In this document: one piece after another, positions 45,884 to 55,676 of the stretch
Layout of the letters: each line of letters starts with the position of its first letter
Numbering within the stretch: position 1 is the first letter of the stretch
Source of the DNA: Bacteroidota bacterium
GTDB lineage: Bacteria; Bacteroidota; Bacteroidia; Bacteroidales; JAIFNL01
NCBI GenBank assembly: GCA_020047755.1
Contig: JAIFNL010000144.1
Span: 1-61,603 of the forward strand
Direction: 5' to 3'
DNA length: 61,603 bases
Position numbers and translations under genes: made by a program
Notes under the pieces: generated by a model
What the model saw: the letters and a program-made list of their open reading frames with translations, nothing else
Database searches by the model: none
What the model was told of the DNA's origin: nothing

Positions 45884-46522
45884 AAGTTTTAATTGTATTT
45901 TTAATGAAATTTTTTGACTAATTAACTGTGTCTGCATGCAAATTATCAATCAGTTTGCGCGTAAAATTTGTTTTTAAAATGAATTGTCCCAATGTGCTAA
46001 TAATTTGTATATTAGCTATATATCGACATTTTTAATGTATTATTTTTCAATCGAACATGTTCATTCTCCAAAATTTCTGTTTGAATTTAGTTTATATTAA
46101 TGCTTATTTATCTATATATTTGTGGCAATATTTTCCGCCACAGATACACAGATATTATGATTTTAATATAAACTAATTTTAATCACTTACTTATCAATTC
46201 GTTTTGTATTATATTTTGCAAAATTAATCAATTTTTGCAAACTAATTAATTTTTAAATCAAGTTTTGTGTAATTTGAAATTTATTAGTTGTTTGTTTTTA
46301 GAATAACTACACCTATAACTTTAAGATAAACTCTTGGTTTACAACAAATTGAAAACTATCTCCTTTCGATTGTCTATTTTTTAGGAGAACTTCTAAAAAT
46401 ATATCAAAATTTTGATTCTTTAGAAGCTCTCTAATTTCATTTTTACGTATAGTTTAGAAACGCAAAAGCAAAATTTCTATTGCTTTTAGTGCTGCTAATC
46501 TAACGTTTACACTTCTTTTTTA

Positions 46523-47281
46523 TCACACTCTATGCGTGTGCGACGAATTGGCTTGAGCAGTGGGCATAATCAATATATCATTGATATTCACATGATTAGG
46601 TCGAGTTATAGCAAATTCGATAGCATCGGCTATATCTTGCGCAAAAAGAGGAGTTAGCCCTTTGTAAACCTCAGCTGCTTTTTGTTTGTCGCCATGAAAG
46701 CGAACTTCAGAAAACTCGGTTTCCACCATGCCCGGACTGATAGATGTTACTTTAACTCCAAAAGGTAACAAATCAATTCTCATGGCTTTTGTTAGAGCCT
46801 CAACACTGTGTTTTGTAGCACAATACACATTGCCTTTGAGGTAAGTTTCTTTTCCAGCTATGGAGCTAATGTTGATAATATGCCCTTTTTTCCGATTTAC
46901 CATAAGTGGCATTATTTGGCGCGAAATGTACAAAAGTCCCTTTACGTTGGTATCAATCATTTTTTCCCAATCGTCGATATCGGCTTCGTGAATTAAGCTC
47001 AAACCTGAGGCTAAACCCGCATTATTAACTAAAATATCGATATTTTTCCAATTTTCGGGAATCTGTGCTATCGAATTTTGAACTTCTTCGCGATTCCGAA
47101 CATCAAAATTTAGTTCAAGCGTTTGCACATTAAATTCCTTTTGAAGCGAAAGAGCCAATTCTGCTAGCCTTTCTTTTCTCCTGCCTGTTATAATTAAATG
47201 ATAGTTATTTTTTGCTAACATAGTAGCAGTAGCCTTTCCTATGCCCGACGTAGCACCTGTAACTAAAGCGATTTTGTTCAT
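46523..47281 (-). CDS. Short-chain dehydrogenase/reductase (YdfG-like NADP-dependent SDR)
   Basis: TGATSGIGKA (TGxxxGxG), NNAG and the catalytic YCATK (YxxxK). 252 aa. Confidence 0.9.
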   Translation of the reverse strand: MNKIALVTGATSGIGKATATMLAKNNYHLIITGRRKERLAELALSLQKEFNVQTLELNFDVRNREEVQNSIAQIPENWKNIDILVNNAGLASGLSLIHEADIDDWEKMIDTNVKGLLYISRQIMPLMVNRKKGHIINISSIAGKETYLKGNVYCATKHSVEALTKAMRIDLLPFGVKVTSISPGMVETEFSEVRFHGDKQKAAEVYKGLTPLFAQDIADAIEFAITRPNHVNINDILIMPTAQANSSHTHRV

Positions 47282-47521
47282 AATTGAAGTAAATTAAATT
47301 TTTAAGATTTGGTACAAAAGTAACAAAGCTTATTCATTTAGCAAGAATAAAATAGCCCAATACACTCAAAAAAAAATCAAAAAATATAAAAAAGAAAAAA
47401 ATACTTGTTTGTATGTTTTTTTTTTGTAAATTTAGTAAATTTTCAAATCAATTATAGCATAAAAAAATATAATTTAATAAAAGATAAATGTCTTTTAAAT
47501 ATATAATACTATTGGTGCTAA

Positions 47522-49462
47522 ATGAAGAAACTGGCAATTTATATTCTGTTTTTTTTAACCTTTAACAGTAGTTATTCTCAAAATTATCAAAGAATTGATA
47601 GTTTAAAGAAACTTCTACTTATTTTTGACGAACTCAAAATAGAGCAAGAAACAAAGAACGATATACTCAATACACTTTTTGATGAATACCGAAAATTTAA
47701 TTACGACTCCGCCCTGTTCTACGCACAACAGGGTTTGAAAACAACGGCTGCCTTCGAAACAAAAAAATCAAATATCAATTGGCATTCAAAAATAGGTATC
47801 TTATATAAGCAATATCGAATATATAATTTATCACTCAATGCGTATGCAAACGTATTGAAAAATTTAAGGCAAACACAAGGAAATGACCGATTTATAGGTT
47901 GGACATTAATTGAAGTTGGCAATATTTATTTTATTTTAGAAGATTTTAAAAAAGGAACCGACATATACAACGAATCGATTTTCTATTTTGAAAAAATAAA
48001 TGATGTTTTTGGCAAAAGTGTAGCAACCAGTAATATAGGGTTATCTATGCTCGAACAGCACAAATACAGCGAAGCATTGGTTTATTTTAGAAAAGCATGT
48101 TTTTTTAATAAACAAGCCGACAAATATGCTTCTTTGGCTTACAATTATGCTCATTTAGGACTAACTTTCACTGAGTTAGGTAAAACAGACAGTATTGAGT
48201 TTTATTTTCAAAAAAGCTTGTCGATTATAGAACAAGAAGGAAATAAAAATTACAAGGCAGACATTCAAAGCATGTACGCTATTGCATTGCTTAAAATGCA
48301 ACACAATGATAGTGCTATAAATATTATGAATCAAGCAATTACCTTTTGCGACACAACCATTGAACCACAAAAATTAGCACTATATCATCAAATACTTGCA
48401 AAAGCTTATGCCGCAAAGCGTGATTATAAAAATGCACTCGCTACGGTTCTTAAAAGTTTGGAAATCGACAGCCGCTCTGTGCTAAATACTTATAAAATAA
48501 AGCCTTACATCGATGCAGCCGAATATTACTTTGAACTAGAAGATTACAAAAATGCCTACATAATGTTAAAAACACACAATTCGCTTCGCGACGAAATTTT
48601 CAATGAAAATGTGTGGGAAAATACATACACTTTTGAAAAAGAAAGAACCGACACAGAGAAAAAATTTTTAATCAAAGACTTAAATATAAAAGAAACGGAA
48701 AAGAAATTACTTGAGTTACAAATAATTGCGGGCATATCATTAATTGTATTTCTGAGTATTTTTATCTTACTCATTAGCAAACGCAACACTATGCGAAAAA
48801 AAGCCAACGCGCTACTTGAAGAAAAAAATAAATTAATTAACGATAGAAATTATGAATTAACACTCCGTAATAAAAAAATATCAGATCAAAATATCGAATT
48901 AAGCTTTAAACAAGAGCAAATCAAACGGTTACTGCAAAAATACGAAACTCAAGAGCGCGAAATTTCTAGCCCTGCAATGGAATATGAAGATAGCAAATTG
49001 ATTCAAAATCGTGATTATCATAGCATAGCAAGTCAAATTCAAGAAGTAATTATTTTGCACGACAAAAAATTAGCGTCCAAGCAAATAGAGATTATTCAAG
49101 AATTAGATACAATTGAACCATTTTTTTGCAACAAAGATGAAATGATTTCTGTTTGGTCTAACTTGCTCGAAAACTCAATCAATGCAATTTTTCTTTCGGG
49201 TAAAATAAAAATACAAATTATTGACAATCAAGGTTTTGTAACTATAAAATTTACCGACACCGGTATTGGAATTGAAAAATCGGAATACGAAAATATCTTC
49301 AAACCGTTTGTTACATACAGCAAAAACGCCGAAAACAAAGGCTTAGGTTTGTATATTGTAAAAAAAATTATAGAGAAACATGGTGGCAAAATTAATGTAG
49401 AATCGGAAAAAAACGTGGCTACTTGTTTCACCATTAAGCTGCCCAAAACACTAACAGAATAA
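47522..49462 (+). CDS. Signal peptide, TPR repeats, TM helix, coiled coil, HATPase_c sensor-kinase-like protein
   Basis: TPR-like helical repeats cover about aa 40-350. The TM is IIAGISLIVFLSIFILLI. ATP-lid motifs are LLENSINA (N), DTGIGI (G1), IFKPF (F) and GLGLYIV (G2). I could not find a canonical H-box. Confidence 0.7.
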   Translation: MKKLAIYILFFLTFNSSYSQNYQRIDSLKKLLLIFDELKIEQETKNDILNTLFDEYRKFNYDSALFYAQQGLKTTAAFETKKSNINWHSKIGILYKQYRIYNLSLNAYANVLKNLRQTQGNDRFIGWTLIEVGNIYFILEDFKKGTDIYNESIFYFEKINDVFGKSVATSNIGLSMLEQHKYSEALVYFRKACFFNKQADKYASLAYNYAHLGLTFTELGKTDSIEFYFQKSLSIIEQEGNKNYKADIQSMYAIALLKMQHNDSAINIMNQAITFCDTTIEPQKLALYHQILAKAYAAKRDYKNALATVLKSLEIDSRSVLNTYKIKPYIDAAEYYFELEDYKNAYIMLKTHNSLRDEIFNENVWENTYTFEKERTDTEKKFLIKDLNIKETEKKLLELQIIAGISLIVFLSIFILLISKRNTMRKKANALLEEKNKLINDRNYELTLRNKKISDQNIELSFKQEQIKRLLQKYETQEREISSPAMEYEDSKLIQNRDYHSIASQIQEVIILHDKKLASKQIEIIQELDTIEPFFCNKDEMISVWSNLLENSINAIFLSGKIKIQIIDNQGFVTIKFTDTGIGIEKSEYENIFKPFVTYSKNAENKGLGLYIVKKIIEKHGGKINVESEKNVATCFTIKLPKTLTE

Positions 49463-49471
49463 GGGTAAAGC

Positions 49472-49513
49472 AAAAAAGCCACACAAATGTTTTATTTTTT
49501 TGTGCGGCTTTAT
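49472..49513. terminator. Bidirectional intrinsic terminator between convergent genes
   Basis: aaaagccacacaaa / tttgtgcggcttt stem (one mismatch) with a T-rich loop and flanks. Confidence 0.6.
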
Positions 49514-49530
49514 TTATTTTTGTATTTTAA

Positions 49531-51054
49531 TTACTCTTCAAGTGCATAGAAAAACCCATTCACAATTACAGCTACCACCAAACCGTGCTTTTTCAAAATG
49601 AAATTTGCCTTGTTATTTAATTTTACTGCATTGTTTACTTCCTTGTTTCCTGCCACTAAATTGATAGGCAATCGGCTAAAATCAACTCCATAAGGTAATT
49701 TTTTTAGCTTCAATGTAGTATAACCCATTTTCAACAAATCCACAAACGTTTCAAAATTCAGTTTTTTCAACGAGCGAATGGAGTTCAAAACTTGTGGGAA
49801 AATTCTTCCTGCTTCCACTTCGTAGCCACTAGCATCAAATTCTTCGTAAGCACCGTAAGCAGCTAAATCACCCAAATCGCGAATTTTGCTTTTGATATAA
49901 TTTTTGTCGTTTTTGCCATCTAATATAGTTACTTCATCGCGGTCGATTCCTATATCTACATTAAAAAGCTTCCCTTCGCCTTTGATTTGTGCATTTCTGA
50001 TTATCAAATCAAAGTAATCTTGCTTTACAAACGGAATTTTGTCGTATTTTTTTATATCTTCTTGCTCGTAACTACCTTCGGCTATGCTAATTAAACTGCA
50101 CAAAATAAGTAGAAAATTGAACTTACGAACAAGCTGTTTTTCAGGGTCATCGAGAATATTTCCGGCTTCAATCAAAATTGTGCTGGTTCCGGCTTTTTGG
50201 AATTGGTCGCCAAAGCAACGTGCATCAAAGGTAGAGCGGAAACGAGCAATGTGACCTGGAATATATTTTTCGAGCAAATTATTCAAGCCAACAACCAATT
50301 TTATCGAATTAACTCTTATCGGGTTAATATTTTCGGCTTCGTCGAAAGCAGGAGCTAAAAGCGAAATAATAGCCGAATTTGTGGTTCCATCAACACGGTA
50401 ATGCTGATTGTGATCGTGCAAGTTGAAACCAAAATCGGGCAAAAGGTCAGCTCTTACTTTGGTCAAAATCTTGGATTCTGGTGCCGTTTGAGTTATTGCA
50501 TCGCGGTTTAAATCAATATCTAAGGCATTTCGGCGGCTAAATACTTCAGCACCATCGGGGTTTACCATTGGCACAAAGTAAATAGACAAATTGTTTAAAA
50601 GCTGTTTTTTCAATTCTGAATATTCGTCTTCTTTTTGAAAGAAATTCAAAACATCAAAAATAGCAGCAGTTCCGGTGGGTTCATCGCCGTGCATTTGCGA
50701 CCAAAGCAATACTTTTACTTTGCCCTTGCCTATTTTAATTTGATTGATGTTGCGACCTTCAACCGATTTGCCTAGATTTTTAATCTTAAAATCGGTAATG
50801 CGCGATAATCTTTTGATAAGTGCCTGAACGTCATTATATTTGAATCGCTGAGTTTGAATAGATTGCTCTTTGTAATTTTCAAATTTATTAAAAAATTCAT
50901 CGCACAAACTACTATTCAAAACAGAATCATAATCTTTATTTTCAGCAGCTTGCTGAGTTATGTTGTCCTTTTTTGCCGTTTTCTTTTCATTAGTGCTATC
51001 TACTAATTCCGATTGCTCTAATTTTTTGTTTATATTGTTATCTTTTATCTCCAT
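49531..51054 (-). CDS. M14-family zinc carboxypeptidase-like protein
   Basis: LWSQMHGDEPTG (HxxE zinc motif), a downstream NLHDH and an N-terminal low-complexity extension. Confidence 0.75.
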   Translation of the reverse strand: MEIKDNNINKKLEQSELVDSTNEKKTAKKDNITQQAAENKDYDSVLNSSLCDEFFNKFENYKEQSIQTQRFKYNDVQALIKRLSRITDFKIKNLGKSVEGRNINQIKIGKGKVKVLLWSQMHGDEPTGTAAIFDVLNFFQKEDEYSELKKQLLNNLSIYFVPMVNPDGAEVFSRRNALDIDLNRDAITQTAPESKILTKVRADLLPDFGFNLHDHNQHYRVDGTTNSAIISLLAPAFDEAENINPIRVNSIKLVVGLNNLLEKYIPGHIARFRSTFDARCFGDQFQKAGTSTILIEAGNILDDPEKQLVRKFNFLLILCSLISIAEGSYEQEDIKKYDKIPFVKQDYFDLIIRNAQIKGEGKLFNVDIGIDRDEVTILDGKNDKNYIKSKIRDLGDLAAYGAYEEFDASGYEVEAGRIFPQVLNSIRSLKKLNFETFVDLLKMGYTTLKLKKLPYGVDFSRLPINLVAGNKEVNNAVKLNNKANFILKKHGLVVAVIVNGFFYALEE

Positions 51055-51356
51055 AATTACTTGTTTTTCAGTTGGTCTATTTGAATTTTTTACGCTTTTT
51101 CTTTTATAAAAAAATGCTTTTCACAGCAAATATTACCTTTTTTTTAGAATACTAAAGTATAAAAAAAAATTACGTTCTTAAAGTATTTTTCTATATTTTT
51201 AAACATTATTTTGATAAAAAGATTTTTCTAAGTATAAATACCTTTTTATCAAATAATTAAACTCGTCAAAATCTAAAAAAAATATAAAATAGCAACAAGA
51301 AAATTTTCTTTGAAATAAGTTTAGGACAGTTCTACGAGATTTATTCTAAAAAAAAA

Positions 51357-51398
51357 TCCGAAAAAGAAAGCTAAAATAAGTTAGCTTTCCTTTTCGGA
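51357..51398 (-). terminator. Intrinsic terminator of secDF
   Basis: 17-bp stem tccgaaaaagaaagcta / tagctttccttttcgga (one mismatch). On the minus strand a run of 9 T follows the hairpin. Confidence 0.7.
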
Positions 51399-51427
51399 TA
51401 GTATGTTTGAGTTTGCTTAAAAACAAA

Positions 51428-54400
51428 CTATACGGTAGCTTTTTTCTTTTTCTTCAATTCGGCTTGCTCTTGGTCTTTTAATTCATTTTGCTTGCGCATA
51501 GAATCGAAAGTGATAGGAGTTGCAACAAAAATAGAAGAATATGTTCCAACTGTAATACCTACAAGCATTGCAAAAACAAATCCTCTAATTACCTCACCAC
51601 CAAAGATGAAGATAGCAAGCAAAACCACCAGAGTAGTACCCGAAGTGTTAATAGTACGGCTCAAAGTTGTATTCATTGCCGAGTTGTACACTTCTTTTAC
51701 AGTTCCACGTTTTCCAATATTCACGTATTCACGTATCCTATCGAACACTATCACCGTATCGTTAATGGAATAACCAATTACCGTAAGAATTGCCGCAATA
51801 AAGGCTTGGTCGATTTCTAAGTTAAAAGGTAAAATTCCATGAAACATTGAAAATGTACCGATTACAATCATGGCATCGTGTGTAAGTGCTACAATGCCAC
51901 CCATAGCAAATTGCCAGTTGCTAAAACGAATGAAAATGTAAATAAACATAATGATAAGCGAGAAAAGAATGGCATAAACAGCCGCAATTCTAATATCATC
52001 AGCCACCGAAGGACCTACTTTTTGTGAAGACATTTTGTAGTCTGTACTAAATTGTTCAAACGTAACGTCTTTTCCAATAATGGGTTTTAAACCTTCATAA
52101 ATAGCAGTTTCAACTTCGTTATCTACGTTTTCACCTTCTTTATCAATCAAATAAGCAGTAGTTATTTTCATTCCTTCTTCACCAAAAGTTTTCACTTCGG
52201 GCGCGCTGCCTAATGTTTTAGATAAAGCTGAAGCTACCTTTTGAGTAGTAACTTGCTCGGTAAAGCGAACTACATAAGTTCTACCACCTTTGAAATCAAC
52301 ACCTTGGTTTAAGCCTCTTATCGATAAAGAAACGATACTCAAGATAATAAATGTTCCTGAAATAAAATAAGCAATTTTGCGGTTTCCTAAGAAATCGAAA
52401 TTGAAATTACTAAATATTTTTTCAGAAAATTTAGCAGAGAAACTAATTGGTTTGTCTTTTTCAAGTAAGGTTGCAAAAATAATTCTTGTAATGAAAATAG
52501 CACTAAACACTGATGTTAAAATACCAATAATCAATGTAGTAGCAAAACCTTTGATAGGTCCGTGTCCAAAAACATAAAGCACAACTCCTGTTAATAAAGT
52601 AGTAACGTTACCGTCGATAATAGCAGAATAAGCATTTTTGTAACCATCGGCTATTGCCAAGCGAAGACCTTTTCCTAAACTTAATTCTTCTCTAACGCGC
52701 TCAAAGATAAGTACGTTGGCATCTACTGCCATACCCATAGTAAGCACAATACCAGCAATACCAGGCAAAGTAAGCACAGCACCTAACGAAGCTAAAACTC
52801 CAAAAATGAAGAATAAGTTAGCTAAAAGAGCAAGGTTTGCAATCAAACCGGCTTTTCTATAGAATAACCACATGTAAAGCAATACAAGGAAAAATGCGAT
52901 AACAAACGACATCAAACCGTTGTTAATTGCTTCTTTACCTAATGTTGGACCTACAATTTCTTCTTCTATAATTTTAGCAGGAGCATCAAGTTTACCCGAT
53001 TTTAATACGTTCGCCAAATCTTGTGCCTCGTTGATAGTGAAATTGCCCGAAATTTCTGAACGACCGCCGGTTATTTCGCCATTTACGTTAGGAAAAGAAT
53101 ATACATAATTGTCGAGAACAATAGCAATTTGTCTGTTCACATTGTCTTTGGTCAAACGTGCCCAAATTTTAGCACCTTCGCCGTTCATCGACATGTTTAC
53201 TACCGAGTTAGCTTGGTTTTGAGCAAAGTCTGCATTTGCATCTACAATTACATCGCCACTCAAAGCTGGTTTTCCATCGCGGTCTTTCACTTTGATAGCA
53301 ACTAAGCGGTAATACTCGCCTTTGTCGTTAGTAATGAAAGGTTTAACCTCCCAAAGTAATTTCAAATCGCGTGGGAAAATTTCAGCGATTTTTTGCATAC
53401 GCAAATAAGCATTTACTTTTGAAGTATCTTTAAGCTCAGTAATACCTACCGCAGCACTATGCTCTAATTGGTTTTGAGCGTTTACATTCGGATTTAAAAC
53501 AAAAAACAACGGATTGTTTTTCTTGTACATATTTGCACTTTCGTTCAAAACTGCCGATGTATCTTTTTTAATCTCGTCGAGAATAGCAAGTTCGGTACTT
53601 GCTTTTGTAGTATCTTTTAGGGTCGAATCCTTCTTAGTAGAATCAGCAGCAGCAACTTCGCTTGTTGCTAGTGAATCGTTTGTTACTTTTTTGTCGTCGC
53701 CGCCTTCATTGATTAATTTCAATTTATCGTTGGCAGTTTGCAAATATTGAAAAACTTCTTCGTTGAAATAAGTTTCCCAAAATTCTAAATTTGCAGTTCC
53801 TTGCAATAACTTACGAACACGAGCAGGGTCTTTTACACCAGGCAACTCCACCAAAATACGTCCACTATTTTCCAACTGCTGAATGTTGGGCTGAGCCACA
53901 CCAAAGTGGTCAATTCTAGTACGTAAAATATTGAAAGAGTTAGTGATAGCCGCTTGAGTTTCGTCTCTAATTACTTTCAATACATCTTCGTTAGAAGTGC
54001 TGTAAGTAACTTTTTCTTTTAACTCTAAAGTGGCAAAAACTGATGCCATTTTTGCATTGGGGGCTACTTTTTCCCAAGCCTTACCAAAAAGAGTAACAAA
54101 ATCTTCTTGGCTGTTTTTCTGCATTTTTTTAGCTTCGTTTATGGCTTTTACAAAAACTGAATCTTTGCTGTTGTTTGCCATGTTTTGAATTAAATCCGGT
54201 ACCGAAACTTCTAACGTTACGTTCATACCGCCCTTTAAGTCAAGCCCTAAGTTTAGTTCTCTTTCTTGGCACTCGCGCAAAGTAAATTTACGCATCCACA
54301 AAAAGTTATAAACTGGTTGTGTTTTTACAGAATCTAAATAAAATAATTCTTTTTTAGCGTCCCCTTTTGCAAATTCCTTGGCATCGTTCTTTACTCCGGC

Positions 54401-54484
54401 GGTAATCCACGAAAAAGAAAGCTGATATAAGCTTACCAAAGCTAAGGCAATTGCAAAAGTAATTATTGCTCCTTTGTTTTGCAT
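51428..54484 (-). CDS. secDF: Fused protein-export membrane protein SecDF
   Basis: 1018 aa. The SecD periplasmic domain and 6 TM helices are followed by SecF-type 6 TM helices (LGLDLKGG, GPTLG, DANVLIFERVREE, INDTVIVFDRIRE). Confidence 0.95.
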   Translation of the reverse strand: MQNKGAIITFAIALALVSLYQLSFSWITAGVKNDAKEFAKGDAKKELFYLDSVKTQPVYNFLWMRKFTLRECQERELNLGLDLKGGMNVTLEVSVPDLIQNMANNSKDSVFVKAINEAKKMQKNSQEDFVTLFGKAWEKVAPNAKMASVFATLELKEKVTYSTSNEDVLKVIRDETQAAITNSFNILRTRIDHFGVAQPNIQQLENSGRILVELPGVKDPARVRKLLQGTANLEFWETYFNEEVFQYLQTANDKLKLINEGGDDKKVTNDSLATSEVAAADSTKKDSTLKDTTKASTELAILDEIKKDTSAVLNESANMYKKNNPLFFVLNPNVNAQNQLEHSAAVGITELKDTSKVNAYLRMQKIAEIFPRDLKLLWEVKPFITNDKGEYYRLVAIKVKDRDGKPALSGDVIVDANADFAQNQANSVVNMSMNGEGAKIWARLTKDNVNRQIAIVLDNYVYSFPNVNGEITGGRSEISGNFTINEAQDLANVLKSGKLDAPAKIIEEEIVGPTLGKEAINNGLMSFVIAFFLVLLYMWLFYRKAGLIANLALLANLFFIFGVLASLGAVLTLPGIAGIVLTMGMAVDANVLIFERVREELSLGKGLRLAIADGYKNAYSAIIDGNVTTLLTGVVLYVFGHGPIKGFATTLIIGILTSVFSAIFITRIIFATLLEKDKPISFSAKFSEKIFSNFNFDFLGNRKIAYFISGTFIILSIVSLSIRGLNQGVDFKGGRTYVVRFTEQVTTQKVASALSKTLGSAPEVKTFGEEGMKITTAYLIDKEGENVDNEVETAIYEGLKPIIGKDVTFEQFSTDYKMSSQKVGPSVADDIRIAAVYAILFSLIIMFIYIFIRFSNWQFAMGGIVALTHDAMIVIGTFSMFHGILPFNLEIDQAFIAAILTVIGYSINDTVIVFDRIREYVNIGKRGTVKEVYNSAMNTTLSRTINTSGTTLVVLLAIFIFGGEVIRGFVFAMLVGITVGTYSSIFVATPITFDSMRKQNELKDQEQAELKKKKKATV

Positions 54485-54729
54485 TTGTAAATAGTTGTTT
54501 TTTTAATATGTTTATTTATGAATATTTTTATCAATTTTTGCATACTTAAATTTCTAATAATGAGATATTTAAACAAAAACCGATTGATGTATTTTCATTC
54601 GTTTAAAATAGTTATACTATCAATTTTTAGCATAAACTTTTTGCGGCTGCAAATGTAAAGTATTTTTTATTAATAACGAAACATGTTTAAAGAAAATTTA
54701 TTCGATTTATTTAAAATATCTAAAAAAAA

Positions 54730-55410
54730 CTATTTTGCTTGGTGAAATTCCGAAAAAATATCTTTCATTTTATAATGTGCGCGGAGGTCAAAAAACAGTT
54801 TAAACACAATCAGCATCACCAAAAAGAATATTGGAGCTCCTGTTGCTAAAATAACAAACACCCCAAAAATAACGGTAAACTGTTGAATGAAAATACGTTT
54901 GTAAGGTTGTAACATTAGTTGGTCTTCCGAAACCAATAAATATTCTTTCTTTTTTATGAAATAAAAATAAAAAGAATAAGCATGCCCAAATAAAAGGAGT
55001 AAAATATTCATACCAAATTCTAAATTGTAAAAGCTATCAAACGAAGTATCCAAACCACCAAATTGACTGCTAATCACAAAAACAAAAATAGATTGCCCAA
55101 GCACAAAAGCATTGAAATGAAACAGAAAAAAAGGAATTAAAAACAGTTTCAAACAGCCACGACCTAGCGCAAGTTCCTTAGAATTTGAAGTTTTTTGTGT
55201 GCTTTTGAGCTGTGCCGGTTCGCCTCTTGCCATAATCATTTTTGGCACATTAAATAAGCCAATGATAAATGTTTCAATGATATAGAGCACCACAACGGAC
55301 AAATAATTCCAATCGAAAAACAGCACTCCTATTATAGGATAAACATTGACGGCTATTAAAAGCCAAACAGACTTATCCAAAACATCAAAATCTAATCCTA
55401 ATACTTTCAT
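54730..55410 (-). CDS. Hypothetical multi-pass membrane protein
   Basis: About 6 hydrophobic helices. No recognised family. Confidence 0.5.
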   Translation of the reverse strand: MKVLGLDFDVLDKSVWLLIAVNVYPIIGVLFFDWNYLSVVVLYIIETFIIGLFNVPKMIMARGEPAQLKSTQKTSNSKELALGRGCLKLFLIPFFLFHFNAFVLGQSIFVFVISSQFGGLDTSFDSFYNLEFGMNILLLLFGHAYSFYFYFIKKKEYLLVSEDQLMLQPYKRIFIQQFTVIFGVFVILATGAPIFFLVMLIVFKLFFDLRAHYKMKDIFSEFHQAK

Positions 55411-55676
55411 AATTAATAATTTAAATAGAATATACTCGAAAAAAAAATCACAACACGCTTAAAATAATTGCTCAAAATAAATAATACTTGAAAGAAAATA
55501 AATAAATAGAAATCGTTCTTTTAAACTTTTTTTATTCAGTTTTTTGTTCAAATATAAATATTTTTAATAAATTTGTAAAAAGATTTTTTTTAAACATTTG
55601 GCAAAACGGTAAAAAAAAATTACTGCTTTGATTATAATGACAAAACAACAATTATAATTCACTCAAAAACAGAAAA

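Noticed and set aside
44816-46522. tmRNA (ssrA) or another structured RNA near smpB
   Set aside because: The flanking non-coding DNA is very AT-rich. It has no tRNA-like acceptor/T-arm segment and no GGGG-start or GC-rich helices expected of tmRNA, RNase P or 6S RNA.
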